A stretch of DNA of 64,000 nucleotides, taken from Alphaproteobacteria bacterium. GTDB taxonomy: Bacteria > Pseudomonadota > Alphaproteobacteria > UBA828. Positions within the stretch are counted from its first letter, which is position 1, and every line of letters starts with the position of its first letter. This document shows positions 1 through 13,509 of this stretch, piece by piece. The notes under the pieces are model-generated. The model did no database searches, was not told the DNA's origin, and worked only from the letters and a program-made list of their open reading frames with translations. The stretch covers positions 2,753,533 through 2,817,532 of the forward strand of contig OZ251509.1 in assembly GCA_965242855.1 (NCBI GenBank), read 5' to 3'. Both the position numbers and the translations under genes were made by a program.

Positions 1-93
1 CCGGGCCTTGGTGCGCCCGATCCCGTGAATGTAAGTGAGCGCGATCTCCACCCGCTTGTTCGTCGGGATGTTCACGCCGGCGATACGAGCCAC
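1..93 (-). CDS. rpsM: 30S ribosomal protein S13, 5' part (runs off the window)
   Basis: Not in the ORF track. Manual translation from GTG at 93 gives [31 protein letters not shown], the typical S13 N-terminus; GGAGG RBS upstream. Confidence 0.95.
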   Translation of the reverse strand, partial: MARIAGVNIPTNKRVEIALTYIHGIGRTKAR

Positions 94-264
94 CCTGGAG
101 CCTCCCCATGGCACGAAGGGCGCGCGACAATGGCTCCGCCGCGCGCCCCGAACGGCGAGCAGATTATCGCCGCCCCGGGCATCCGAGTCAACGCCGGTTT
201 CGGCGCTCCGGCGCGCGGGCCTGCGGGTCTTCGGAGCCACGGTCGCGCGGAACGCAAGCAAGAA

Positions 265-288
265 TGCGGGCCGGGAGACCCGCGCACC
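265..288. repeat. REP-like palindromic element, copy 1
   Basis: TGCGGGCCGGGAGACCCGCGCACC is 22/23 identical to 9565-9587 and related to the reverse complement of 32594-32617; intergenic. Confidence 0.65.
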
Positions 289-305
289 GAGAAAATCCCG
301 ATGGA

Positions 306-1298
306 TCACCGGGCCGGGCCGGTGTTCTCGGGGACGAGGGCCAGGGCGTCCTCGATCACTTCAGGGCCGGCGCCGGGGCGGGGGGCGTTTTGGGCGAGGA
401 AACGGCGCCAGGCGCGGGCGCCGGGCAGGCCCGCGAAGAGCCCGTGCATGTGCCGGGCGATGGCGTGCAGCGGGGCACCGCCGGCCGTCATGCGGCGGAT
501 GTAGGGCAGCATGGCGCGGGCGACGTCGTGGCGGTCCGGCGGCGGGCGGGAAGCGTCTCCAAAGAGGCGCCGGTCGGCGGCGAGAAGCATCGTCGGGTCG
601 CTATAGGCGGCGCGGCCGATCATGACTCCGTCGACCGCGCGGAGATGGCGCTCGGCTGCGTCGAGGTCTGCGACGCCGCCGTTGAGAACGATCTCGAGGG
701 CCGGGAAATCTTCCTTCAGGCGATAGACCGCATCGTAGCGGAGCGGCGGCACCTTGCGGTTCTCCGCCGGGCTCAGGCCCTTGAGAATGGCGATGCGCGC
801 GTGCACGGCGAAGCTGCGGACGCCCGCCTGGGCGACGCGCTCCACGAACGCCTTCAGGTCCTCGTAGGCGCCGCGGCCGTCGATGCCGATGCGGCATTTG
901 ACCGTGACCGGGAGATCGACCGCCCGCATCATCGCCACCGTGCACGTCGCCACCAGGGCGGGGCGCGCCATCAGGGCGGCGCCGAAGCCGCCGCGCCGCA
1001 CGCGGGGGCTGGGGCAGCCGACATTGAGGTTGATCTCGTCGTAGCCGAAGGCTTGGCCGATCTCGGCCGCGCGGGCGAGCGTGTCCGGCTCCGCGCCGCC
1101 GAGTTGCAGGGCGAGCGGGCGTTCCGCCTCGTCGAAGCCGAGCAGCCGGGAACGGTCGCCGTGCAGGACCGCCTCCGCCCCCACCATCTCGCTGTAGAGG
1201 AGCGTCCGGGCGGTGATCAGACGCAGGAAATAGCGCCCGTACCGATCGGTGCACGCCATCATCGGCGCGACGCTCAGCCGGCGGTCCAGCCCGTTCAT
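306..1298 (-). CDS. dusA: tRNA-dihydrouridine synthase DusA
   Basis: [58 protein letters not shown] motifs; start moved to ATG 1298 ([14 protein letters not shown]). Confidence 0.93.
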   Translation of the reverse strand: MNGLDRRLSVAPMMACTDRYGRYFLRLITARTLLYSEMVGAEAVLHGDRSRLLGFDEAERPLALQLGGAEPDTLARAAEIGQAFGYDEINLNVGCPSPRVRRGGFGAALMARPALVATCTVAMMRAVDLPVTVKCRIGIDGRGAYEDLKAFVERVAQAGVRSFAVHARIAILKGLSPAENRKVPPLRYDAVYRLKEDFPALEIVLNGGVADLDAAERHLRAVDGVMIGRAAYSDPTMLLAADRRLFGDASRPPPDRHDVARAMLPYIRRMTAGGAPLHAIARHMHGLFAGLPGARAWRRFLAQNAPRPGAGPEVIEDALALVPENTGPAR

Positions 1299-1332
1299 CG
1301 CGACCCTCGACGGGCGCGCGCGCGGCGGCTCC

Positions 1333-1361
1333 TTGACACCGCGCAGCATCTGCCCTATTGA
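1333..1361 (+). promoter_or_regulatory. Putative sigma70 promoter for the metF-metH leader
   Basis: TTGACA (1333-1338), 17-nt spacer, TATTGA (1356-1361), directly upstream of the SAM-II aptamer. Confidence 0.55.
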
Positions 1362-1370
1362 GCCCGTCAC

Positions 1371-1427
1371 AGCGCCGATTTGAAGCGACAGCTTGCGGGC
1401 GCTCAAGAAATGCGGCTAAAGCGTTGG
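1371..1427 (+). ncRNA. SAM-II (SAM-alpha) riboswitch aptamer
   Basis: AGCGCC-GATTTG-N9-CTTGC-G-GGCGCT-CAAG-AAAT-GCG-GCTAAA: P1 helix AGCGCC/GGCGCT plus the conserved GAUUU, UUGC, AAAU and GCUAAA elements; upstream of metF-metH. Confidence 0.8.
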
Positions 1428-1428
1428 G

Positions 1429-1464
1429 GCCCGCCCGGCAAGAGCCGCGGCGGGCATTTTGATT
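1429..1464 (+). terminator. Terminator-like hairpin following the SAM-II aptamer
   Basis: GCCCGCCCGGC-AAGA-GCCG(C)GGCGGGC stem followed by ATTTTGATT; the U tract is short. Confidence 0.45.
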
Positions 1465-1579
1465 CGGCGCAACCATCGGGGCAAGGCGCGGTGGCGGAGC
1501 GAGACGGCACCAGGCGGGCGCCGACCGGGAGACGGACCGGGCGCCGGCGAACACGGACCGCCGGGCGCGGAGGCGCGCG

Positions 1580-2505
1580 GTGAGCGCCGTCGCGCCGCTT
1601 TTCACCGAAGAGCCGCCGCCGGCCGCCGCCGCGCCGCCGGCGCTCGCGGTCTCCTTCGAGTTCTTCCCGCCGAGCACGGAACGGCGCGCGGAACGGCTCT
1701 GGGCCGCCGTCGAGCGCCTCGGGCCGCTGGCACCGCGCTTCGTCTCGGTGACCTACGGCGCCGGCGGTTCGACCCGGCGGCGCACCTTCGAGACGATCGC
1801 CCGCATCGCCGCCGAGACGCGCCTGACGCCGGCCGCGCATCTCACCTGCATCGGCGACACGCGGGACGGAATCGCCGAGACGGCGCGCGAATATTGGGGC
1901 GCCGGCATCAGGCACGTGGTCGCCCTGCGCGGGGATCCGCCGCAGGGAACGGCCCGCTTCGCGGCCCACCCCCGGGGCTACCGCAACGCGGCGGAGCTGG
2001 TCGCTGGCCTCAAGCGAGTCGCCGACTTCGAGATCAGCGTCGCGGCCTATCCGGAAGGACACCCGGAGGCGCGGAGCGCGGCGGCCGATCTCGACAACCT
2101 GAAGCGCAAGCTCGATGCCGGCGCCAACCGGGCGATCACCCAGTTCTTCTTCGGCGCGGAGCGCTATCTGCGCTTTCGCGACGCGGCGGCGGCGGCCGGA
2201 ATCCGCGCCCCGATCGTGCCGGGCATCCTCCCGGTGACCAACGTCGCCCGCCTGATGGATTTTGCGGCCCGCTGCGGCACCACCGTCCCGGGCTGGCTCG
2301 CGTCCCAGTTCGAGGGGCTCGACGACGACCCAGACACGCGGCGGCTGATCGCCGGATGGATCGCGATCGAACAATGCCGCGCGCTGGTGGCGCACGGCGT
2401 CCGTGAATTCCATTTCTACACGCTGAACCGCGCCGAGCTGACCCGCGCGATCTGCCACGCGCTCGGGGTCCGCGCACGGCCAGCGCGCCGGGCGGGGGAC
2501 ACCCC

Positions 2506-2509
<4 letters not shown>
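1580..2509 (+). CDS. metF: 5,10-methylenetetrahydrofolate reductase
   Basis: [53 protein letters not shown] motifs. Confidence 0.97.
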
Positions 2510-6224
<3,715 letters not shown>

Positions 6225-6228
<4 letters not shown>

Positions 6229-6980
6229 CCGGCCTCCGCTTCGACTTCACCGGGCGCAACGCCTTCGTGACCGGTGCCGGCGGCGGCATGGGCCTGCGTG
6301 TGGCGCAGGAGCTGGTCGCCGCCGGCGCGCGGGCGACGCTTCTCGACGTGAAGCCGGCGCCGGACGGCCTCCCGGCGGGCGCCCGCTACGTCCGGGCCGA
6401 CCTGCGTTCGGAGGAGGAAATCGCCGCGGCGCTGGCCGGGAGCTACACGGCCGCCGGGCGGCTCGACTATCTGGTGAACGCCGCCGGCGTGTTGTGGTTC
6501 GGCCGCGACACGTCCGTGATCGAGATGGACCCGGCGGTGTGGGACGACGTCCTCGCCATCAACCTCAAGGGCGCGGCGCTGACGGCGCGCCATGCCGTGC
6601 CGCTGATGAAGCGGAGCGGCGGCGGCGCGATGGTGCACGTCTCCACCATCCAGTGCCTGCGCGGCGACGCCGCGCCGCAGGATGCCTACCAGGCCTCCAA
6701 GGCGGGCCTGCTGGCGCTGTCGAAATCGCTCGCCATCCAGTTCGCGGGCGCGCGAATTCGCTCCAACGCGCTCCTGCCCGGCCCCACCCTGAGCCCGATG
6801 CAGCAGCGCTGGCGCGACGACCCGGCGATGGGCGCGGCCGTGGCCGCGGCGATCCCGCTCGGCCGGCTCGGCGCGCCCGAAGACATGGCCAACGCCATCC
6901 TCTTCCTCCTCTCCGACGCGGCCTCCTTCATCACCGGCGCCGAACTCGTCGTCGACGGCGGCCTCCTGGCGAAACCGTGA
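6225..6980 (+). CDS. SDR family oxidoreductase
   Basis: [18 protein letters not shown] (YxxxK), [11 protein letters not shown]; GTG start overlaps the metH stop (GTGA). Confidence 0.9.
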
Positions 6981-7068
6981 GGCATTTCGATCCTTCGCGA
7001 GGGCAGAGCTGTAACGGGATGCTCAAGCAGGGTAGCGTGAGAACAACCGAGCCCACGGCTAATCATCT

Positions 7069-9441
7069 ATGAACGCTTTGGCCCGAAAATCAGAACGCCG
7101 ATCAGAGCGTCTCCTATACGACCTGTTGGCATCTCAGGGGTGGGACTTGAGGTCCCCTCCTCGCGGAGACCTGTACCTGCAAGCGGAGTACAGAGCCGAC
7201 GAGAATCTTGCGGAGGCGCTGAAGAGGGCTAGCAAGTCCGGTAGCGGATCGGGCATACCGGAAGCAATTCTCGCAGACGGGGGTCAACCGCTCCTGGTGG
7301 TCGAAGCCAAGGCGTCGCCGGGTGCTATCGACCAAGTGGTAGCGGACGCGAAAGGGTATGGCGATGCTCTGATCGCACATGGTCACCATCCGCTCTTGGT
7401 CGCTCTCGCTGGCACCGAAGCGGAGGAGTTTAGCCTGAAAGTTCTGAAGCGTGATGGTGCACAGTGGGTTCACATCACTTACGATGGACATCCGATCAAC
7501 TGGATTCCGGGAAAGGTGGATGTTAGACGACTGACCGTCCCTGGATCGAGCGCTGAGATTCGACCCACACCTCCGCCCGACTATGTGCTGGCCGATAGAG
7601 CCGACGAGATCAACCGCCTGCTGCGGGAAGCGGATATCAAGGACGAGTACCGTCCTACTCATGTCGCGGCGATCATGCTCGCTCTGTGGCACTCGAAGGG
7701 TATCGTCCGACGCGATTCCCACTACATCCTCCGAGACGTGAATACGGCGTGCCGTGACGCTCTGATAGGGGCGGCGAAGGCAAGTCTCGCCAAGAGCATT
7801 CGCGTCGATGAAGCCAACAAGAAGCTTCAGAAAAACTCGATTGCCATTGCCCGAATCCTGGAGCGACTGAATGTCACCGTATTAACCGCAGAGCATGACT
7901 ATCTAGGCCAACTTTACGAAACTTTCTTCCGCTACACGGGTGGGAACACCATCGGTCAATACTTCACGCCTCGACACATCACGAGAATGATGGTCGATGT
8001 CTGTGAAGCGTCCAGCTCGGATGTGGTTTTGGACATTGCGTGTGGGACAGGTGGATTCTTCGTCGCGTTCATGGATCGGCTCGTCAAGAAAGAGCATCTC
8101 TCTCGAACTGCGATGGTGAATGTCATTCAGAAACAGCTCCTGGGATTCGAGAGTGAACCAAACACTGCCGCACTGTGCGCAGCCAATATGATCCTTCGTG
8201 GTGACGGGTCAACACGGATCACCCAGGCGGACTCTCTGACGATGAAGGACTTCCCGATTGGGGAAGCTACGATCGCGGTCATGAATCCTCCGTTTCCTCA
8301 CAAGAACACAGACACGCCGGTTGAGCGCTACATCGAACGCAGCCTGGAAGGGTTGCGGCAAGGCGGCAAACTGGCTGTGGTCGTCCCTTCGAGCCTGTTA
8401 GCCAAAGCGAGCAAGGGAGCATGGCGTGAGCGGATTCTGTCTCGAAATACGCTGACCGCGATTTGCCAGTTGCCAGATGAGCTGTTCCAGCCATTCGCGT
8501 CCGTTACTACATCCATCGTTTTCCTAACCAAGGGACGACCGCATCAGGCGACTCGCCGCACGGCGTTCATTCGGCTTCATCATGACGGTCTGACCCTTCG
8601 CAAGAACGCAAGGGTGCGCCGGGAATCGGAACCTGACCAAGTACCACTCGCGATAGATGCCATCGTGAACAACACGGAGACTCCGGGATTTAGCTCGACG
8701 TGTTCGGTTTCGGGCCGCGACGAATGGTCAGCGGGTGCCTACATCACGTCTGCTATGCCGAACGAAGACGCACTCCGATCCGTAATCGACGTGCTATTAC
8801 GTCGTCTCACATCATTCTACGCTCGATATGCAGCGGAAATAGCCGCTCAACGTCAAGCCATAGATGACGGGGAAATAGAAGTGCATTCCTACAAGAAACT
8901 TCTGTCCCCGAGACGACGTGCAAATGCCGCAAAGCTGCCGAACGAGCACAACACTATTGGCAGTGCGTTCGACATTTACTACGGTATGAAGGAACTCCAT
9001 TCCCGTGACGGCATAGCGGATGGTAAAACCCTGATTATTTCCCCAACAGAGAGTTACAATGGAACAGATGGATGGCTTGATTTCGATACCGTCATGGAAC
9101 CAGGTTTCGTAACCGCTGCTCAGACCGGAAGTATCGGTGAGGCATTCGTTCAGCTTGAGCCGTGCGCTGTGAATGATGATTGCTTGGTACTCCTCCCAAA
9201 AAGCGGCCAGCACGCCAGTATCGCTAGACTGGTGATTGCGGCAGCCGTCATTCATTCAGAAAAATGGCGATTCAACTACGGAAGAAAATTGACGCCGAAC
9301 AGAATCGCGCGGTTTCCTCTGCATGTATCGAAGTCAATGGAGTCGTGGGTCGAGGGACAACTTTGGAGTGTACGAAATGTGGTGTCCGCGAGTCTCGCTC
9401 CGTATTCGGATGACGAAATTTCTATTTGGTACGAAAATTGA
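7069..9441 (+). CDS. Single-chain restriction-modification protein (nuclease + N6-adenine MTase + target recognition domain), Type IIG/IIB-like
   Basis: N-terminal ASKSG..GIPE...VVEAK nuclease motif, GQYFTPRHI, LDIACGTGGF (motif I), MNPPF (motif IV), C-terminal HsdS-like segment (GSIGEAFVQ...EKWRFNYGRK); clearly lower GC than the flanks. Confidence 0.85.
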   Translation: MNALARKSERRSERLLYDLLASQGWDLRSPPRGDLYLQAEYRADENLAEALKRASKSGSGSGIPEAILADGGQPLLVVEAKASPGAIDQVVADAKGYGDALIAHGHHPLLVALAGTEAEEFSLKVLKRDGAQWVHITYDGHPINWIPGKVDVRRLTVPGSSAEIRPTPPPDYVLADRADEINRLLREADIKDEYRPTHVAAIMLALWHSKGIVRRDSHYILRDVNTACRDALIGAAKASLAKSIRVDEANKKLQKNSIAIARILERLNVTVLTAEHDYLGQLYETFFRYTGGNTIGQYFTPRHITRMMVDVCEASSSDVVLDIACGTGGFFVAFMDRLVKKEHLSRTAMVNVIQKQLLGFESEPNTAALCAANMILRGDGSTRITQADSLTMKDFPIGEATIAVMNPPFPHKNTDTPVERYIERSLEGLRQGGKLAVVVPSSLLAKASKGAWRERILSRNTLTAICQLPDELFQPFASVTTSIVFLTKGRPHQATRRTAFIRLHHDGLTLRKNARVRRESEPDQVPLAIDAIVNNTETPGFSSTCSVSGRDEWSAGAYITSAMPNEDALRSVIDVLLRRLTSFYARYAAEIAAQRQAIDDGEIEVHSYKKLLSPRRRANAAKLPNEHNTIGSAFDIYYGMKELHSRDGIADGKTLIISPTESYNGTDGWLDFDTVMEPGFVTAAQTGSIGEAFVQLEPCAVNDDCLVLLPKSGQHASIARLVIAAAVIHSEKWRFNYGRKLTPNRIARFPLHVSKSMESWVEGQLWSVRNVVSASLAPYSDDEISIWYEN

Positions 9442-9564
9442 ATATGCACCTACAAGTGTACTTTCTGCAAGCGTGGTAGGGCGTTCCTCTTTTTGATCTT
9501 CCGGGCCATAGGGAGCGCCGACCGTCCGGGGCCGCATTCGCCAGAGAGCGAAATATAAAGAAAC

Positions 9565-9587
9565 TGCGGGCCTGGAGACCCGCGCAC
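9565..9587. repeat. REP-like palindromic element, copy 2
   Basis: TGCGGGCCTGGAGACCCGCGCAC, with a degenerate inverted partner at about 9511-9536 (GGGAGCGCCGACCGTCCGGGGCCGCA). Confidence 0.65.
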
Positions 9588-10112
9588 TTAAAAGAGGGGG
9601 CCGGATTCGAGCGGCTCGACGACCTGGCCCGGCGGCAGGACGGCGAGGAGGGCGGCGGCGGTGACGCCCGTCTCGGGATGGCGCCATTCCGGTGCCGCCT
9701 CGGCGAGCGGCACCAGCACGAAGGCCCGATGCGCGAGCCCCGGATGGGGCAGGGTGAGCGCCGGTCCCTCGTCGCCGGCGGCACGGCGCATGACGCGGCC
9801 GCGATAATCCAGGAGGTCGAGATCGAGCGGCCGCGCGGCGCCGGCCGCGCTCCGCCGGCGGCCGAACCCGGCCTCGACCGAAAGCAGGCGCGCCATGAGC
9901 GCCTGCGGGGGAAGCGCGGTCTCCACCCTGGCCACGCCGTTGACGAACCAGGGGCCCGCGGCCGGCGGGAGCGGCGCGCTGCGATACCACCGGGAACGCG
10001 CCGCCGTCCTTATCCCGGCGGCCGCGAGCGCCGCGAGCGCGGCGTCCAGCCCCCGCGCCGGCGGACCGTGCCGCGCGGTCGGGAGGTTCGCGCCGAGGGC
10101 GATCAGGATCAT
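9588..10112 (-). CDS. folK: 2-amino-4-hydroxy-6-hydroxymethyldihydropteridine diphosphokinase
   Basis: MILIALGANL, SRWYRSAP, FVNGV, RPLDLDLL, LTLPHP, RAFVLVPL motifs; start ATG 10112. Confidence 0.93.
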   Translation of the reverse strand: MILIALGANLPTARHGPPARGLDAALAALAAAGIRTAARSRWYRSAPLPPAAGPWFVNGVARVETALPPQALMARLLSVEAGFGRRRSAAGAARPLDLDLLDYRGRVMRRAAGDEGPALTLPHPGLAHRAFVLVPLAEAAPEWRHPETGVTAAALLAVLPPGQVVEPLESGPLF

Positions 10113-11173
10113 CGCCGCTCTTCCTTGCCGCTTCGGGAGGGTTCGACGAAGGAGAAGGCGGCCGGGTCGAACACGAGGCGCCGCTGCACCGGGAAGAACC
10201 GCAGGTCGAGCCGCTCGGCGACGAGGCCCCAGAGGCCCTGCGGCGCCCGCAGCATCATGACGACGGCGGCGGCGCCCAGCACGATGAGATACCAGCTGCC
10301 GAAATCGGCGAGCAGCGCGCGCAGCAGGAAGAAGACGACCACGCCCACGATCGGCCCCTCGATCGTGCCGATGCCGCCGATCACCACGATGAAGATGACG
10401 TTGGCCGTCCAGTCCACCACGCTGAAGCCGGCCTCGGGCGAGATGCGGAGCTTGGTGAGGAAGATCAGCGCGCCCACCATGCCGGTGCCGAACGCGGCGA
10501 CGATGTAGACCCAGACCTTGGTGCGGAAATTGTCGACGCCGAGGCTGCCGGCGGCGGCCTCGGAATCGCGGATCGCCGTCAACGCCAGGCCGTGGCGCGA
10601 GCGCAGCAGCAGATAGACCAGCGCGACGGCGCCGACGGCGACCGCCAGCGCCGTCCAATAGACCGCCGTCTCCCGCCACATGCGGCTCGCGGCGATGCCC
10701 TTGACCACGGCGGCGGGCAGGCTCATGCCGGAGCCGCCGCCCAAGGCGGAGACCTGGGCGAAGGAGAGCATGTACACCTCGGCCACGACCCAGGTGCCGA
10801 TGGCGAAATAGGCGCCGCGCAGGCGGAAGACGACGAACGCCGTCGGCACCGCGAAGAGCGCCGCCGCGACCCCGGCGAGCGGCAGCGCGGCCAGCGGATG
10901 GACGCCGGCGTGCATCGCCAGCGCGAAGAGCGCGTAGCCGCCCAGGCCGAGAAACGCCTGCTGGCCGATGGAGACCAGCCCGGCATAGCCCGCGAGCAGG
11001 TTCCACAGCTGGGCGAGGGCGAGGTAATACGCGATCTCCACGATCGTCCGCATGTCCGCCCGCCCGCCCCAGAAAGGGAGCGAGACCAGCACCGCGAGGC
11101 CCGCGAGGCCGACGAAGGCGCCGTAGCGGCTGGCCCGCGTGCCGCGCTCGACGCGCCAGGGCGCAGGAGTCAT
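10109..11173 (-). CDS. Branched-chain amino acid-type ABC transporter permease (LivM-like)
   Basis: WNLLAGYAGLVSIGQ, RLRGAYFAI, AIRDSE, VVIGGIGT; multiple TM segments; start ATG 11173. Confidence 0.92.
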   Translation of the reverse strand: MTPAPWRVERGTRASRYGAFVGLAGLAVLVSLPFWGGRADMRTIVEIAYYLALAQLWNLLAGYAGLVSIGQQAFLGLGGYALFALAMHAGVHPLAALPLAGVAAALFAVPTAFVVFRLRGAYFAIGTWVVAEVYMLSFAQVSALGGGSGMSLPAAVVKGIAASRMWRETAVYWTALAVAVGAVALVYLLLRSRHGLALTAIRDSEAAAGSLGVDNFRTKVWVYIVAAFGTGMVGALIFLTKLRISPEAGFSVVDWTANVIFIVVIGGIGTIEGPIVGVVVFFLLRALLADFGSWYLIVLGAAAVVMMLRAPQGLWGLVAERLDLRFFPVQRRLVFDPAAFSFVEPSRSGKEERR

Positions 11174-12039
11174 CGGTCGCGCGTCCTGGGAAAGAGGCCG
11201 TTGGGCCGGACCACGAGCACCAGCAGGAAGGCGACATGGCCGGCGAGGAGCTGCCCGCCGGGATGGAACTTGGCGCCGACGGCCTGGGCCACGCCCAGGA
11301 TCACGCCGCCGGCGAGCGTCCCCCACGGGCTGCCGAGGCCGCCGATGATCACGGCCTCGAACGCATAGAGCAGGCGCGCCGGCCCGATCGCCGGCGAGAA
11401 ATTCGTGCGGATCGCCATGAAGGTCCCGGCGAGGGCAACGACCGCGAGCGCGAGCGCCATGGCCAGGGCGAAGATGTGACGGTCGTTCACCCCCATCAGG
11501 GCGGCGGTGTCGCGATCGTCGGAGGTCGCGCGGAAGGCGGCGCCCAGCCGGGTGCAGGAAAGCAGCACCTGCAAGCCGGCGATCACGACGACCGCGGAGA
11601 GGAAGACGAGGAGCGGGAACCAGCCGATCGCGATCCGCTCGCCGACGGCGATGCTCGCCGTCTCCAGCGCGCCGACCTGAAGCCGGCGGGTGTCGGCGGA
11701 GAACACCTCCAGCAGGACGTTCTGGATCACGATCGAGAGGCCGAAGGTCACCAGCAGCGGCGGCAGGATGTCGCGCCCGAGCGTGAAGTTGAGGACGCCC
11801 CGTTGCAGCGCGTAGCCGAGGCCCGCCAGCGCCGGCACGGTGACGACCAGGCTCAGCAGCGGATGGAGGCCGGTGCCCTGGACCACGGCGAGGCCCAGGA
11901 ACGCCGCCAGCACGATGAGATCGCCGTGGGCGATGTTGACCAGCCGCATCACGCCGAAGATCAGCGAGAGGCCGGTCGCGAACAGCGCGTAGAGCCCTCC
12001 CAGCAACACGCCCTGGACGATGGCGTCGAGCCACTCCAT
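11170..12039 (-). CDS. Branched-chain amino acid-type ABC transporter permease (LivH-like)
   Basis: GGLYALFATGLSLIFGVMRLVNIAHG, IIGGLGS motifs. Confidence 0.93.
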   Translation of the reverse strand: MEWLDAIVQGVLLGGLYALFATGLSLIFGVMRLVNIAHGDLIVLAAFLGLAVVQGTGLHPLLSLVVTVPALAGLGYALQRGVLNFTLGRDILPPLLVTFGLSIVIQNVLLEVFSADTRRLQVGALETASIAVGERIAIGWFPLLVFLSAVVVIAGLQVLLSCTRLGAAFRATSDDRDTAALMGVNDRHIFALAMALALAVVALAGTFMAIRTNFSPAIGPARLLYAFEAVIIGGLGSPWGTLAGGVILGVAQAVGAKFHPGGQLLAGHVAFLLVLVVRPNGLFPRTRDR

Positions 12040-12045
12040 CGCGCC

Positions 12046-12759
12046 TCAGACCCCGAAATAGGCGCGGGCGATGTCGGCGCGGGCGAGGCTCTCCGGCCGG
12101 CCCTGGAGGGAGATCAGGCCCTCGCGAAAGCAGAAGACGCGGTCCGCCGCGGAAAGCGCCCGGTCGATGTCCTGTTCGACGACGACCACCGTCGTCCCCT
12201 GCGCGACGATCCTGGGCAGGACGGCGTAGATCTGCCGGACGACCACGGGCGCGAGGCCGAGGCTGAGCTCGTCGCAGAGGAGCAGCGCCGGGTTGCTCAT
12301 CAGCGCCCGGCCAATGGCGCACATCTGCTGCTCGCCGCCGCTGAGCGCGGTGCCCGGCACGGCGCGGCGTTCGCGCAGCGCCGGAAACAGGCCGTAAACC
12401 CGCTCGAGCCCCCAGAACCCCCGGCGCCCCGCATAGGCGCCCAGGCGCAGGTTCTCCTCGACCGAAAGCGAGGGGAAGAGAAGGCGCCCCTCCGGCACCA
12501 GGGCGACGCCGCGCCGGACGATCGCGTGGGCCGGAAGATGGCCCACCGCCTCGCCCGCGAAGGTCACCTGCTCCGGGGCCGAGGGGAGCTGCCCGGCCAC
12601 GCTTCGCAGGAACGTCGACTTGCCGGCGCCGTTGGCGCCGACGATGGCCGCGGTCTCGCCGCGTTCGATGGCGAGCGCGATCCCGAACAACGCCTGGAAG
12701 TCGCCGTAGAAGGCGGTGAGCGCACGGGTCTCCAGGATGGTCCCGGGCGGCGCGCTCAT
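12046..12759 (-). CDS. ABC transporter ATP-binding protein (LivF-like)
   Basis: GANGAGKS, VPEGR, LSGGEQQM, LCDELSLGLAP. Confidence 0.93.
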   Translation of the reverse strand: MSAPPGTILETRALTAFYGDFQALFGIALAIERGETAAIVGANGAGKSTFLRSVAGQLPSAPEQVTFAGEAVGHLPAHAIVRRGVALVPEGRLLFPSLSVEENLRLGAYAGRRGFWGLERVYGLFPALRERRAVPGTALSGGEQQMCAIGRALMSNPALLLCDELSLGLAPVVVRQIYAVLPRIVAQGTTVVVVEQDIDRALSAADRVFCFREGLISLQGRPESLARADIARAYFGV

Positions 12760-13481
12760 TCGGCGCCGATCCCCATATAGACCTCCCGCACCGCGGCGCT
12801 GGCCATCACCTCATGCGGCTCTCCCTCGGCCAGCTTGCGCCCGAAATTGACGACGACCAGGCGGCTCACGATCCGCATCAGCGCGCGGACCACGTGCTCG
12901 ATCCACACGATCGAGACGCCGCTCCGGTGGATCTCCGCGATGGTCTCGACCAGCGCCGCGCATTCGTGCTCGGTCAGCCCGCCGGCGATCTCGTCCAGCA
13001 GCAGCACGCGGGGGCGGGTGGCGAGCGCCCGCGCCATTTCGAGCCGCTTGCGCTCGAGCAGGGTGAGCGAACCGGCCGGCCTGTTCGCCTTTTCCAGGAG
13101 GCCCGTCCGCGCGAGGATCCCGTGGCAATCCCCGTAGCACGCCGCCTCGGAGCGGACGCCGCCGAAGGCCGCGCCGACCAGCAGGTTCTCGAACACCGTC
13201 ATGTTGGCGAAGGGATGGGGAATCTGGTAGGAGCGCCCGATCCCCATCCGGCAGCGTTCATGCGCCGGCGCGCGGGTGATGTCGGCGCCGGCGAAGAAGA
13301 CCCTTCCCGCGCTCGGCCGCACGCCGCCGGTGATGATGTTGAACATCGTGCTCTTGCCGGCCCCGTTGGGGCCGATCACGCCGAGCGCCTCGCCCTCCGC
13401 CAGCGCCATGCTGAAGCGGTCCGTCGCCTTGACCGAGCCGAAGCTCCTGGAGACCTCCTCCAGCGCGAGCAGCCCCGCCAT
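12756..13481 (-). CDS. ABC transporter ATP-binding protein (LivG-like)
   Basis: GPNGAGKST, LLLDEIAGGL, IEH. Confidence 0.93.
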   Translation of the reverse strand: MAGLLALEEVSRSFGSVKATDRFSMALAEGEALGVIGPNGAGKSTMFNIITGGVRPSAGRVFFAGADITRAPAHERCRMGIGRSYQIPHPFANMTVFENLLVGAAFGGVRSEAACYGDCHGILARTGLLEKANRPAGSLTLLERKRLEMARALATRPRVLLLDEIAGGLTEHECAALVETIAEIHRSGVSIVWIEHVVRALMRIVSRLVVVNFGRKLAEGEPHEVMASAAVREVYMGIGAE

Positions 13482-13509
13482 GGCTGGCGGCGAGGCCCCT
13501 CCCCACCCG

